Source: a phage
Strand: one strand, 5' to 3'
Sequence record: PX969468.1
Length of the DNA: 64,000 bases
Shown: positions 38,406 to 47,709 of the stretch, piece after piece
Numbering within the stretch: position 1 is the stretch's first letter
How the letters are laid out: the number at the start of each line of letters is the position of its first letter
Translations under genes and position numbers: made by a program
The notes under the pieces: model-generated
Told to the model about the DNA's origin: nothing
The model's database searches: none
Seen by the model: the letters and a program-made list of their open reading frames with translations, nothing else

Positions 38406-40835
38406 ATGAGTATGTATAGCTTCGATTTTGAGGCCTCTGGGCTTTTGGAAGATCCAGACCTTTATTATCACTGCGGCCTGTTTAAAGCGTTGAATAAGAA
38501 CCGTTTTATGCTGTTCCTTCCTCTAAATGACCGCACACACTACTCCGAGGAGGATATAGAAAAGGCTAAGAACTTCATTCTGGCAAAGAAAACTCTTTAT
38601 AAAGATTTTGAAGTTCGCATAGCAGATTTTTCAGAGTTGGAAGGTTGGCTTACAGGAAATTCTGACTGGTCACCAACAGCTTTGAACTGCCATAACTGCT
38701 ACAGTTATGACTTTATGCTGATGGAAAGATTATCTGGTATTCATTTTGATATGTTCCGTGATCCTAAATGTATGGGGACTATCAACGATCACCAGGTTAA
38801 CCTGTTTGATACGTTGGCGATGAGCCGAATCTTGTGGCCTGATCGCCCTTTACCAAAAGGTTGTCCGGACTCTGTATTCAACCCGGTTACTAAGAAAATG
38901 CAGCCTGTTGGTCCTCACGGCCTTATGGCATGGGGCTACGCCCTTGGTAACCAGAAAGTTCAAATTGATGACTGGCGCGATCTTCCGTTATGGAAGTATG
39001 TGGATCGTGTATTTGAGGACGTTATCATCCAGGAGCTGCTCTGGAAAGAGCTGGTAGCGGAATCAAAAGGTGTATTCTACGGCAAATCTGACATGCAGAA
39101 CTTTATGTACGATCCTGCCAAAGAGAAGCCGAAAGGGTTCAAGAAGATCACCTGGAAGAACGCATTACGTCGAGGCATGTTGCAGCACTTCCTGATGGAG
39201 CTGCAGGCCCGTCAGGGTGTATACTTCGACATAGATGGAGCTATTGCTTTACGTGACCGTTGCGATGCGTGGATGAAAGAAATCGCTGATCGTGTTGAAC
39301 CACAACTGCCTTTAAAAGAGCTGTCAATGTCTCAGCGGCCCAAGTTCCCTGAAAAGCCGTTTAACCAAGATGGGACAATCTCTAATAATGGTTGGAAATG
39401 GTTAAAAGATAAGCTTGGCTATCCTGTGGACATGAGTGCTTTAGAGTTCAAAGCCCCACCTAAGCGAGCATTTACCTCTACAGGAGATGTCAGTAAGATG
39501 GGGATAAAATGGTGTGAAGAGATGGGCTGCAAAGACCACGATAAGATGGCTGATTTCTTGAGAGGCTATATTAAGGGCACCTCCACACCACAACCTTTAC
39601 CTAAAGAGCTAATGGATCAGGCAATAAGTGATCTACAGCAGAAGCGAATGCCGGACTGCAAGATACCTATGAAAATCAGCAATCAGGACGACATTAAGCG
39701 ATACCTGATCAGTGCTGGTTGGCTTCCGACAATGTGGAGAACTAAGGATGTAACTAAAGACAGCAAGAAGAAAGCTTTACCTGATGCAGATGTTGATGCA
39801 CGAGTATATGCATATATGGACGAGCTTTTGGAGTCAGAGTATTGTGACCTAATTATCAACTTCTGGAACAAAACTGATGCTAAGTTCCAGACAACCGTGC
39901 ACAAGTTCCGAAGCTTTCCTAACTCCGAAAGGATTAAAAAGGAAGTATTCGGGAAAATACGTAGAAAAGCTAGGGCACTTATTACTTCTCCGCAACTGAA
40001 AGATACGTTTGGACACCTGTGTCCGAATCTTGAAAAATTGAACGGAGAGATGGCTAAAGATATCGTCTTATGGTTATCATTGCGAAACCGCAGATCGGTA
40101 CTTGATCCAATCAAGGAGGATAAGGTTGACACTGGTCTTCTTAATCACCCACGTTTGAAGATTGACCATAAGCTTCCTGCTAAAAGCTCTGGATTAACAA
40201 ACACTTCCAGACAGAAACACAGTATTTGTGCAAACATGCCTAAACCCTCTCCTAAAGTGGTTATGGGTAAAGAGATGCGTAGCTTGTGGGGTGTTCCTCC
40301 AGGATACTTTGAGATCGGTATCGACGGGTCCAACTTAGAGCAGCTTATCGGGGCTTGGGGTGCCTTTGAGTTCGACAACGGCCTGTATTACGATGTTGTA
40401 AGTAACGGAGACGCACACCAAAACAATGCTGAGGCATATACAAAAGTAGCAGGCAGAGAGGTGTCCCGTAACGACGGTAAACCTATCACGTATGGGGTTA
40501 TGTACGGGGCACAAAAAGATAAAGTTGCAGATATGCTGGACATCTCTCCAGAGTTGGGACAAAGGGTAATCGATGCGCTTTGGGATGCCAACCCTGGTCT
40601 TAAGGGCCGTAAAGAGGATCTGGAGAAATTCTGGGAAGCAACGGGTAAGAAGTTTATCTACTCTTTTGATGGTCATGCCATCTGGACCCGATCTAAACAC
40701 TCTTTACTTAATGCATACCAACAGAATGGTGGTGCATCGCTGTGTGACTTAGTTGGGATACTCATGCACCACCAAATGGTGAAGCGTGGGTGGTACGATG
40801 AAGGTGTTCGTCGTATTATTTATTACCATAAATAA
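38406..40835 (+). CDS. DNA polymerase, family A
   Basis: Exo I FDFEASG, motif A IGIDGSNLEQL, motif B RNDGKPITYGVMYG. Confidence 0.85.
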   Translation: MSMYSFDFEASGLLEDPDLYYHCGLFKALNKNRFMLFLPLNDRTHYSEEDIEKAKNFILAKKTLYKDFEVRIADFSELEGWLTGNSDWSPTALNCHNCYSYDFMLMERLSGIHFDMFRDPKCMGTINDHQVNLFDTLAMSRILWPDRPLPKGCPDSVFNPVTKKMQPVGPHGLMAWGYALGNQKVQIDDWRDLPLWKYVDRVFEDVIIQELLWKELVAESKGVFYGKSDMQNFMYDPAKEKPKGFKKITWKNALRRGMLQHFLMELQARQGVYFDIDGAIALRDRCDAWMKEIADRVEPQLPLKELSMSQRPKFPEKPFNQDGTISNNGWKWLKDKLGYPVDMSALEFKAPPKRAFTSTGDVSKMGIKWCEEMGCKDHDKMADFLRGYIKGTSTPQPLPKELMDQAISDLQQKRMPDCKIPMKISNQDDIKRYLISAGWLPTMWRTKDVTKDSKKKALPDADVDARVYAYMDELLESEYCDLIINFWNKTDAKFQTTVHKFRSFPNSERIKKEVFGKIRRKARALITSPQLKDTFGHLCPNLEKLNGEMAKDIVLWLSLRNRRSVLDPIKEDKVDTGLLNHPRLKIDHKLPAKSSGLTNTSRQKHSICANMPKPSPKVVMGKEMRSLWGVPPGYFEIGIDGSNLEQLIGAWGAFEFDNGLYYDVVSNGDAHQNNAEAYTKVAGREVSRNDGKPITYGVMYGAQKDKVADMLDISPELGQRVIDALWDANPGLKGRKEDLEKFWEATGKKFIYSFDGHAIWTRSKHSLLNAYQQNGGASLCDLVGILMHHQMVKRGWYDEGVRRIIYYHK

Positions 40836-41102
40836 CATTGTGGCTTCATAGAGTAATCTATGTCGAATAACCTCTTTAACTGCGGGAAGCCTAAACCTTA
40901 TGGCAAGGTAATCCGCAACGAAGCGCTCAAAAGAGCGAACGCTCAGAGGCCATTCCGAAAGGAAGTAGACCAGCAAGTGCGGTCGAAATGGGAGGATTCC
41001 TGTGGTTGCTTATCATAGGAATATGAGATGGTCCGATCCTACGTGAAAACGTATGGCTATGCACGTAATGGTGCGGGGTAGCTTAACGACCTACCTGAAC
41101 TA

Positions 41103-41459
41103 TTGGATGAGTACCAACTTCAAGTGCCTGACACACCGAAGTATAAGACTGTGTACACCTTCGACACAATTGAAGAACTGGAAGCATTTAAGGCAGAACA
41201 GGAGGCCAAACTTCATGTGTTCGACGGTCATAAGTACAAAAAGGCACGCAAAGATGAGGACGGAAACGAAGTAGTTGACAGGGACGGAAACACGGTGTAC
41301 GATCCTATCCTGAACGATGACGGAAAGCTTGAACTTATCTGGAGCCCTGTGGGCGAAATGGTGGTGCATTGCTTCTGGCAAGCTTCTAAAATGATGGGCG
41401 TTCCGTTCCAGATCACAGGTGAATACTTGTGTGGTCGTAACTGGGGCGATTGTCACTAA
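41103..41459 (+). CDS. Hypothetical protein (118 aa), start uncertain
   Basis: ORF; weak RBS. Confidence 0.4.
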   Translation: MDEYQLQVPDTPKYKTVYTFDTIEELEAFKAEQEAKLHVFDGHKYKKARKDEDGNEVVDRDGNTVYDPILNDDGKLELIWSPVGEMVVHCFWQASKMMGVPFQITGEYLCGRNWGDCH

Positions 41460-41508
41460 TGTAAACTATCAACACACGGAAGTGTTGTTAGATAGAGAGG
41501 AGACTTTT

Positions 41509-41793
41509 ATGGTAGTAGAACCGACAAAAACATTTACCTCCATGACTATTCCTGTTATTATGCAGGTAGAGTGCGTTCAGGTGTCTCAAGTGTGGCCAGG
41601 TACTAAAATTCCAACAGGGCCTGATTTCTTTCAGGTCGGCAAAGTGTATAATGTCTGGAAGGCACCGGATTGTTACCCTTTCATTAAAGATGACCGTGGA
41701 ATGTTATGGTATCTGGGAAATGATTTGACACTGCATCTTGGAAATGCTATTATTGCAGTGTTCCGGCTCAACAAGAAGGAGGCAGATCAATGA
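41509..41793 (+). CDS. Small protein, paralog family A (member 1)
   Basis: RBS AGAGGAG; C-terminal DDRGMLWYLGNDLTLHLGNAIIAVF shared with next two genes. Confidence 0.45.
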   Translation: MVVEPTKTFTSMTIPVIMQVECVQVSQVWPGTKIPTGPDFFQVGKVYNVWKAPDCYPFIKDDRGMLWYLGNDLTLHLGNAIIAVFRLNKKEADQ

Positions 41794-42017
41794 CAACTTT
41801 GGTTAAAGCGACGTTTGTAGAAGAAAAGATGACAGACCTGTCATTCTTTGAAGAAGGTAAGGTCTACAAGGTTTACTACGATAAGGATCGCAGGAACAAT
41901 ATGATCGAAGACGAGGAAGGTGTTGCCTGGTTTATCTCCCATCTGGCAAATGGTGAGTATCATATCTATGGAACCACCCTACTTGCCAAGTTTGTAGCTG
42001 TTGAAGAGGATCTATGA
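41790..42017 (+). CDS. Small protein, paralog family A (member 2)
   Basis: DEEGVAWFISHLANGEYHIYGTTLLAKFV. Confidence 0.45.
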   Translation: MTTLVKATFVEEKMTDLSFFEEGKVYKVYYDKDRRNNMIEDEEGVAWFISHLANGEYHIYGTTLLAKFVAVEEDL

Positions 42018-42208
42018 AAGTAAAGTATCTGGCTGAAGGTATGAGTAGGTATTTTACCCTCGGAGAGGAGTATTGGCCCTTTACGGAAAATGGAGATGTA
42101 TACGTGAAGGATGACCAAGGTGTGCCGTGGTTTCTGCACCATAATGGGTTGGGGTATTCCATCTACTGCGGTGCAGTGAACAACACAACCCTTGCAGAGT
42201 TTGTCTAG
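42014..42208 (+). CDS. Small protein, paralog family A (member 3)
   Basis: DDQGVPWFLHHNGLGYSIYCGAV. Confidence 0.45.
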   Translation: MKVKYLAEGMSRYFTLGEEYWPFTENGDVYVKDDQGVPWFLHHNGLGYSIYCGAVNNTTLAEFV

Positions 42209-42218
42209 AGGAGGCAGA

Positions 42219-42590
42219 ATGTTAGTAAAAGGTACCCACACAGTCAAGCAACGTATTGAAGTTGAGATCGATGATTGTGAGCTGAAGCATATTTTGCGGT
42301 CATGCTCCAACGTTTTGCTCCTTAGTATTCTCCAGGAGCGAGCGGAGAACGAGTTCTTAAATGCACTGGCAGGTCGCCCCGGTGACTTCTGTGTGCGTAA
42401 GCGTGGTGACAACAAGTCATGGTTGTGGGAAATCGATGCCGACTGGGATTACCACAAAAATGAGGGTATAGATGAGCCTATTCGTGAATTGACAGACAAA
42501 GAGATTCAGATGTACAATGAAGTTTGTCATTGGGCAACACGCCAACAAATTTACCTCGACCCTGTGTGGCTGATTGAAAATAGCCATTGA
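42219..42590 (+). CDS. Hypothetical protein (123 aa)
   Basis: ATG after GAGGAGG. Confidence 0.45.
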   Translation: MLVKGTHTVKQRIEVEIDDCELKHILRSCSNVLLLSILQERAENEFLNALAGRPGDFCVRKRGDNKSWLWEIDADWDYHKNEGIDEPIRELTDKEIQMYNEVCHWATRQQIYLDPVWLIENSH

Positions 42591-42666
42591 CAAGAAGTAA
42601 GATTAGATATAAGATGCTTCACACAAACAGAGCGTTGATTTTTAAATAACCAAGGAGACTGCCAAG

Positions 42667-42921
42667 ATGAAAATCACTTTGAAGCCAGAAGAAGTTGCAA
42701 ATGACCGAGCTTTTAAGGATTGCACAGTCGGTGCAATTTATGAAGCAGAGTTTTGTGAGAACCCTCTGGTAAAAGCCCTTCTGGAAGAAGGGGCCCCTTT
42801 ATCACAAGAAGAGATTGATGAGCTGGAAAACTCAGCACAGTGCCTTACCTTTAAAGACGATGAAGGAGACTCTGTCTTGTGCACTGTTAACGAAGTAGTT
42901 TTTGTAAAACCTGAACATTAA
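42667..42921 (+). CDS. Small acidic protein, paralog family B (member 1)
   Basis: AFKDCT...DDEGDSVLCT motif shared with 42985-43245 and 43944-44189. Confidence 0.45.
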   Translation: MKITLKPEEVANDRAFKDCTVGAIYEAEFCENPLVKALLEEGAPLSQEEIDELENSAQCLTFKDDEGDSVLCTVNEVVFVKPEH

Positions 42922-42924
42922 TAC

Positions 42925-42961
42925 TTGACAACAGTGATAGGGCCTAATATAATGGCCCTAT
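42925..42961 (+). promoter_or_regulatory. Consensus sigma70 promoter with -10 embedded in an 8-bp-arm palindrome
   Basis: TTGACA, 17-nt spacer, TATAAT; ATAGGGCC-TAATATAAT-GGCCCTAT. Confidence 0.6.
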
Positions 42962-42984
42962 CAAAACGAAAGGGGACCACAGCA

Positions 42985-43245
42985 ATGACTAAACAATATC
43001 AACGAATTAAAGCCAAGGTTAAGCCAGACTATCTGGAGAAGGACTCTGCTTTTCGGGACTGCACAGCGGACAAAGTTTACACAGGGGCCGTCCTGTTGAA
43101 CGATGAACTTGAAGTAGATGTTCTGGGTAAAGAGGCCGTTATCGAGGATGACAACGGTGACTGTGTTTTCTGCACCACACGGGAGCTAGAAGTTTTAGAA
43201 TACTTCGGTGAAATCTTCAACTCCTTAGACGAAGAGGAAGCGTGA
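42985..43245 (+). CDS. Small acidic protein, paralog family B (member 2)
   Basis: AFRDCT...DDNGDCVFCT; ATG after AAAGGGGA. Confidence 0.45.
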   Translation: MTKQYQRIKAKVKPDYLEKDSAFRDCTADKVYTGAVLLNDELEVDVLGKEAVIEDDNGDCVFCTTRELEVLEYFGEIFNSLDEEEA

Positions 43246-43634
43246 TGAAAAATATTTGGGATATTGATATCTTTGAAGCCTCTAAGCTTGACGGTGCTGA
43301 TGGAGTGATTATGGTGTCTGATGGCAAGGCAACACTAACTTCCGGAGATACCATCTATGCCTTGGACGAGCTGGCGCTTCTGAAATCTACCGGTAACACT
43401 TTAGAGGAGCGTCTTCAAGGCTTCGCCTTCAAAGAAGGCACAAATACCGCCATGATGGGTACCACACGGACAGTCCAGGTTGGTAACGGTGTCTATATGA
43501 TCATTGCTGTGTGTCCTAAATTCAGCAACGTCAACAAAGATGATGCTGACGCTGTCAACGATGTGGTTGTTCTCTTCGTGGGTGACGCTATGGCAGACCT
43601 GATGAATGCAGGAGAAGCGGCAAATGAAGACTGA
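43242..43634 (+). CDS. Hypothetical protein (130 aa)
   Basis: ORF. Confidence 0.45.
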   Translation: MMKNIWDIDIFEASKLDGADGVIMVSDGKATLTSGDTIYALDELALLKSTGNTLEERLQGFAFKEGTNTAMMGTTRTVQVGNGVYMIIAVCPKFSNVNKDDADAVNDVVVLFVGDAMADLMNAGEAANED

Positions 43635-43926
43635 AAACATTACCCCAGCAGGGTTCTTAAAAGTATACCGTGAACTGCTATATACTACAGAGGACAGTGT
43701 TCTAGAGTATCCAGAATATCTTTTGCTGTATAAGTATCTACAGGAAGCTGGTGAAAATCTGCCAGTTAGTGCAGAAGGTGGTCCGAACTGGATATACAGC
43801 GCATGGAGAAAGGTTGACATTCTCCCAGATCCAGGTAAAGATATGGTAGTTTGGCAGCTTATCAACAACATCGGGATTCCAATCTTCGATGAAGCTGTTA
43901 AAATCTATTTTGAACTTGACGATTAA
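43624..43926 (+). CDS. Hypothetical protein (100 aa)
   Basis: ATG after GGAGAAG, overlaps upstream stop. Confidence 0.4.
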   Translation: MKTENITPAGFLKVYRELLYTTEDSVLEYPEYLLLYKYLQEAGENLPVSAEGGPNWIYSAWRKVDILPDPGKDMVVWQLINNIGIPIFDEAVKIYFELDD

Positions 43927-43943
43927 TATCAGGAGACCTTAAG

Positions 43944-44189
43944 ATGGCTGAAGCAGTTGCTCGCGCGGGACAGAAAGTACGTTGTGTTGAAGTAGGTTTT
44001 GGTGGTAAAGGGTGTCAAAACTTGACTCAAGGTAAGGAATACGCTGTTATTTCTGGTGGTGGCGACGAAAGTATTGTGTTCGAGGGCCACATCCTGGATG
44101 CTGAAAACTTTGAAATCTTTGACGACGATGGGGATCCGATCACCTGCCTGCTGGACGGGAATTGGGGAACTTTCGAAGTGATTGGCTAA
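43944..44189 (+). CDS. Small acidic protein, paralog family B (member 3)
   Basis: DDDGDPITCL motif. Confidence 0.45.
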   Translation: MAEAVARAGQKVRCVEVGFGGKGCQNLTQGKEYAVISGGGDESIVFEGHILDAENFEIFDDDGDPITCLLDGNWGTFEVIG

Positions 44190-44272
44190 CAAATACCTAT
44201 TGTAATTTACAGAAGGGGATGCTAAAATAGTGTCTCCTTCTATGTTGTTCAAATAAAATCGGAGATTCCATA

Positions 44273-44638
44273 ATGGAACAAATGAACGATCAAGCGTCGG
44301 TTGCGATGAACGAGCAAGAACAACCTCAAGAATTTTTCTTAGGGTTAAGTAAAGATCAAGTGTCTCTTCTGCTAGTGCTTTCTTCTTTCATGGGAAGACT
44401 TCAGGAGCTCACACAACAACCGGAGGCTGAACAATTATTTCAGGCTCTGCGTGAAGAAGAAAAATATCGTCGTTTGGACTATGCCTTAGGTTGGGTAGCT
44501 CAACAACGAGATATGCTGATGGCCCTCTCTGGGACCACAAGTTTTGCAATGGGCCTGTTGGCTCAAGTTCAGGACAAATTAATTCAAGCAGGGTTTGCAC
44601 ACACGGCAAACACTAACGAAGAACAAGGAGACAAATAA
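44273..44638 (+). CDS. Hypothetical protein (121 aa)
   Basis: promoter-like TTGTAA-17-TAAAAT upstream; RBS GGAGA. Confidence 0.45.
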   Translation: MEQMNDQASVAMNEQEQPQEFFLGLSKDQVSLLLVLSSFMGRLQELTQQPEAEQLFQALREEEKYRRLDYALGWVAQQRDMLMALSGTTSFAMGLLAQVQDKLIQAGFAHTANTNEEQGDK

Positions 44639-45864
44639 TGAGCGTTATTCAACAATTCGCTAACCCGATGAATCCGCGTGAAACTGTTTTACTGGCTCAC
44701 GGCATGATCAAGCGTGTTAGCATCAAGCCTATCAAAGGTGCTGATCCTACAACAGGTATTAAAACCACTGTGTGGCAAGGTAAGAAAATTGAGTCCAGCC
44801 ACACCATCTCTTTACTGATTTCTGAACTGGATTCCTCTGATAACCTACTTCAAGGTGGTGAAGAAGTTTGGATCAGTATGGGCGATAAGCTGCTTAAACC
44901 GGGTCATCAAGACTCTGTCTCTGTTAAAATTGATGACAAGTGGGAAACCGTAACGCCAGGATGGATCGTAAATATCCCTTTGAAGGCAAACGAGCATAAC
45001 GGTAAGACCTACTACAAAGGCTCACTGGCTAAGATGGTTAAGCTGGGTGCAGGAGAGGCTCCAGCAGCGACTCAGCAGCAAAAACCGCAACAAGGTGCAC
45101 AATCACAAGGCCAGAAGCAGAAACATCAGCAGAATGCCAATCAGGACGTTTTACGCATCTATGGTGATGTGACTCAGATTGTTGGCAACGTGGTTACTGT
45201 TAATGACCACAAGATTGGCGAAGGTGCTATGGTTGTAACTGATGAGCAGCTTAAAGACCTGGTGGTAGGTGGTCGTGTTGCAGCCATTGTTGACAAAGAC
45301 ACCGGAAACATTATCAGTGGTTTCAAGGCCTATCCTCCTAAGGCAGAGAACGGCACTCAAGGCTCTGGTGGCAAGCGTAAATCCTCTTACGACCCTATCG
45401 GTGTGGAAACGGGGCATAGCATCAATGCGTTGCAAATCATCCTGGATCGCGGGTTTAAGGTAGACGACCCACTAGGAGTGGCTAAAACACTACACGTAGT
45501 CACTATTGAGCTTAAGAAAGAGTATGCTCAAGCCACCAACCGAACTGAAGATGAAGTAGGTGCCAGTGTCGGTAATGCGGTGTTGAACGCTTGTCGCCGT
45601 ATTGACAAGAAAACGAAAGTTGATGATTTTGCAGCGGCAATTACTGCAGAAGCAAAAGATGTCTTGACTAATCTGGCTGAGCCGTTGTACGATTGGATCA
45701 AGAACGGTGCTGGGTCAACTGACCATCAAGAACCTCAGGCTGCCAAACAGGAAGCAGCTCCACAGCAAAACACTGTAGACGCTCCTCCTGTAAATGATGA
45801 GGAAGATGACCCAATGGATCAGAATCCAGCACAGTATGAGTTCGATGACTCGATCCCCTTCTGA
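44638..45864 (+). CDS. ssb: Single-stranded DNA-binding protein-like, with acidic C-terminal tip
   Basis: C-terminus ...EFDDSIPF resembles SSB acidic tip (DDDIPF); Gln-rich low-complexity linker. Confidence 0.55.
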   Translation: MSVIQQFANPMNPRETVLLAHGMIKRVSIKPIKGADPTTGIKTTVWQGKKIESSHTISLLISELDSSDNLLQGGEEVWISMGDKLLKPGHQDSVSVKIDDKWETVTPGWIVNIPLKANEHNGKTYYKGSLAKMVKLGAGEAPAATQQQKPQQGAQSQGQKQKHQQNANQDVLRIYGDVTQIVGNVVTVNDHKIGEGAMVVTDEQLKDLVVGGRVAAIVDKDTGNIISGFKAYPPKAENGTQGSGGKRKSSYDPIGVETGHSINALQIILDRGFKVDDPLGVAKTLHVVTIELKKEYAQATNRTEDEVGASVGNAVLNACRRIDKKTKVDDFAAAITAEAKDVLTNLAEPLYDWIKNGAGSTDHQEPQAAKQEAAPQQNTVDAPPVNDEEDDPMDQNPAQYEFDDSIPF

Positions 45865-45872
45865 GTCCAGTT

Positions 45873-46451
45873 ATGAAATGCAAACGTTGTGGGGAGGACA
45901 AGGAGGCCTCCGACTTCTATACCAGCAACAAATCAACGTGCAAAGAGTGTTGCAAGAAGGCCAGTAGAGAGTCTGACCAATTTGCTAGAGACTCTTCAGA
46001 AAAAGGTGTAATACGCGTGTTGTACAAGGCTCAAAAGTGCAACAGCAAGCAAAGAGGTCACCCTCCTCCGACTTACACCAAGAAAGAGTTTAAGGATTGG
46101 CTATACCTAAACGGTTACAAAGAGTTGTATGACCAATGGGTAGCCAGCGGATACGACAAAAGGAAAAAGCCTTCTTGTGACAGGATAGATGATTTCAAAG
46201 GATACTCTTTTGATAATATCCGTTTAACGACTTGGGGAGAAAATAAAGACAAGCAGACAGAGGATATTCTATTGCATAGAAGCACCAGCGGTAGACGGTG
46301 TAAAAACGTAAGAAGGCTGGACAGGAATGGCAACATTCTCAAAGAGTGGGTATCTCACAACTCTTGTAGGAGAGAAACCGGAATATGTGTTGATTACTAC
46401 ATTCATGAAAAAATTCCAGCCCCCGATGGGTACTTCTATGAATACTTTTAA
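45873..46451 (+). CDS. HNH homing endonuclease
   Basis: N-terminal CxxC..CxxC zinc motif; PSCDRIDDFKGYSFDNIRLTTWGEN resembles HNH_3 core. Confidence 0.6.
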   Translation: MKCKRCGEDKEASDFYTSNKSTCKECCKKASRESDQFARDSSEKGVIRVLYKAQKCNSKQRGHPPPTYTKKEFKDWLYLNGYKELYDQWVASGYDKRKKPSCDRIDDFKGYSFDNIRLTTWGENKDKQTEDILLHRSTSGRRCKNVRRLDRNGNILKEWVSHNSCRRETGICVDYYIHEKIPAPDGYFYEYF

Positions 46452-46466
46452 CACCTAGTTAACATA

Positions 46467-46495
46467 GCCCTGCCCGAAAGGGTGGGGCATTTTTG
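46467..46495 (+). terminator. Intrinsic terminator (identical stem-loop to 35469-35497)
   Basis: GCCCTGCCC-GAAA-GGGTGGGGC followed by ATTTTTG. Confidence 0.7.
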
Positions 46496-46513
46496 TATAA
46501 GGAGATCTGAAAA

Positions 46514-46930
46514 ATGACATTAGAAGATATCATTGTTAAACCTGAGAACTATAACCAATACAATCTATCAACCCAATCTGTGGACCTTGGATGCGCCACT
46601 GTCAGTGCGTGGCTGGTTAACGGAAAAGAGTTGGATAAATGCTTAGAAGCTCACATGACTGTGAACAAGTTCCTTGATGAAAATACTCACTGGCTGGAAG
46701 GTGCAGGTGTATACGCTTCGTGGCTAGAGAGTATGGGATTTGACTACCAATCTGAAGAGGGGTGGTGGAGCTATCTGGCTATCTGTCCAGAGACATTGCA
46801 ATGCTTCATGAAATATTCTGAAGATTTGGAGTACCGGGCGGTGGTTGACAGTGCTATTGCTCGTTATAGCCGTAAACCTTTTTCCCACGACATTAAAACT
46901 GTGGAAGAATTTGTTGAAGTTTTCTGTTGA
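46514..46930 (+). CDS. Hypothetical protein (138 aa)
   Basis: ORF with RBS AAGGAGA. Confidence 0.45.
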   Translation: MTLEDIIVKPENYNQYNLSTQSVDLGCATVSAWLVNGKELDKCLEAHMTVNKFLDENTHWLEGAGVYASWLESMGFDYQSEEGWWSYLAICPETLQCFMKYSEDLEYRAVVDSAIARYSRKPFSHDIKTVEEFVEVFC

Positions 46931-47026
46931 CACAGGTTGTAAGGTGTGCAATTATAACCTTGTAGAGCTGGAGGATGTGATGAACGAAGAAAACTGGGAT
47001 GTGTAACTAACAGGAGGCCACTGCCC

Positions 47027-47224
47027 ATGATTTATCGAATCCGTGTGAGAGAAGATGCACCAGGTTGTTACTTTGACTGGCGTGGGTGGTGGTTTCTCCA
47101 CCCAATGGATGGACTCACAGATAGAATGCTGGATGCTGCCCTTTACACAGATACCGACATAGAGTATAATCTTTACTTGAAAGATGGTATCGATAACGGC
47201 CTGTTTGAAGCAATTCCTGCGTAA
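47027..47224 (+). CDS. Hypothetical protein (65 aa)
   Basis: RBS AGGAGG. Confidence 0.4.
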   Translation: MIYRIRVREDAPGCYFDWRGWWFLHPMDGLTDRMLDAALYTDTDIEYNLYLKDGIDNGLFEAIPA

Positions 47225-47289
47225 GAGAATGTGATCGCCATGTTTTATGATCTTCCTGTAGCACCACCTATTGATCCTGGAGAACTACG

Positions 47290-47709
47290 ATGATTTATGA
47301 AATGCCAAAATTGATCCGTGACGATGCCCAAAACCACACCATTATTATGGGTAAACGCATGAATATCCTTTGCCGTAACGATTTCTGTGGTGTAGAATAC
47401 GTTGCAGACTACTTCGGTGAGAATGGTAAACACCCTGTTCAGTTCTTCCTTGACCATGAGGATAACATTATCTGGGAGTTTGAAACTGAAGATATCCGCA
47501 ACCTCTTCATCTTCCTCGGTGTCAAGGTTAAGGCCAATTTCGCGGAAGGTGAGTGCGACGATTGTGGATTTTATGAGGTGACAGACTTCTATCTCCCGAG
47601 TGGCAAGAACCTTTACTATGAGAGTCACTTCGGAAACACCAACATGCCTCAAAGCTGGGAAGAATTTTTCAGTATCGTAGAAGAGGAGCTGGCATACCGT
47701 GATTATTGA
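47290..47709 (+). CDS. Hypothetical protein (139 aa), overlaps macro-domain gene
   Basis: ORF with two Cys pairs (C..C, CDDC); 11-nt overlap with downstream gene. Confidence 0.45.
   Translation: MIYEMPKLIRDDAQNHTIIMGKRMNILCRNDFCGVEYVADYFGENGKHPVQFFLDHEDNIIWEFETEDIRNLFIFLGVKVKANFAEGECDDCGFYEVTDFYLPSGKNLYYESHFGNTNMPQSWEEFFSIVEEELAYRDY

Noticed and set aside
40860-41018. 52-codon ORF after the polymerase gene as an HNH endonuclease
   Set aside because: No SD, only scattered Cys residues, no HNH core motif; kept only as a possible remnant in findings.
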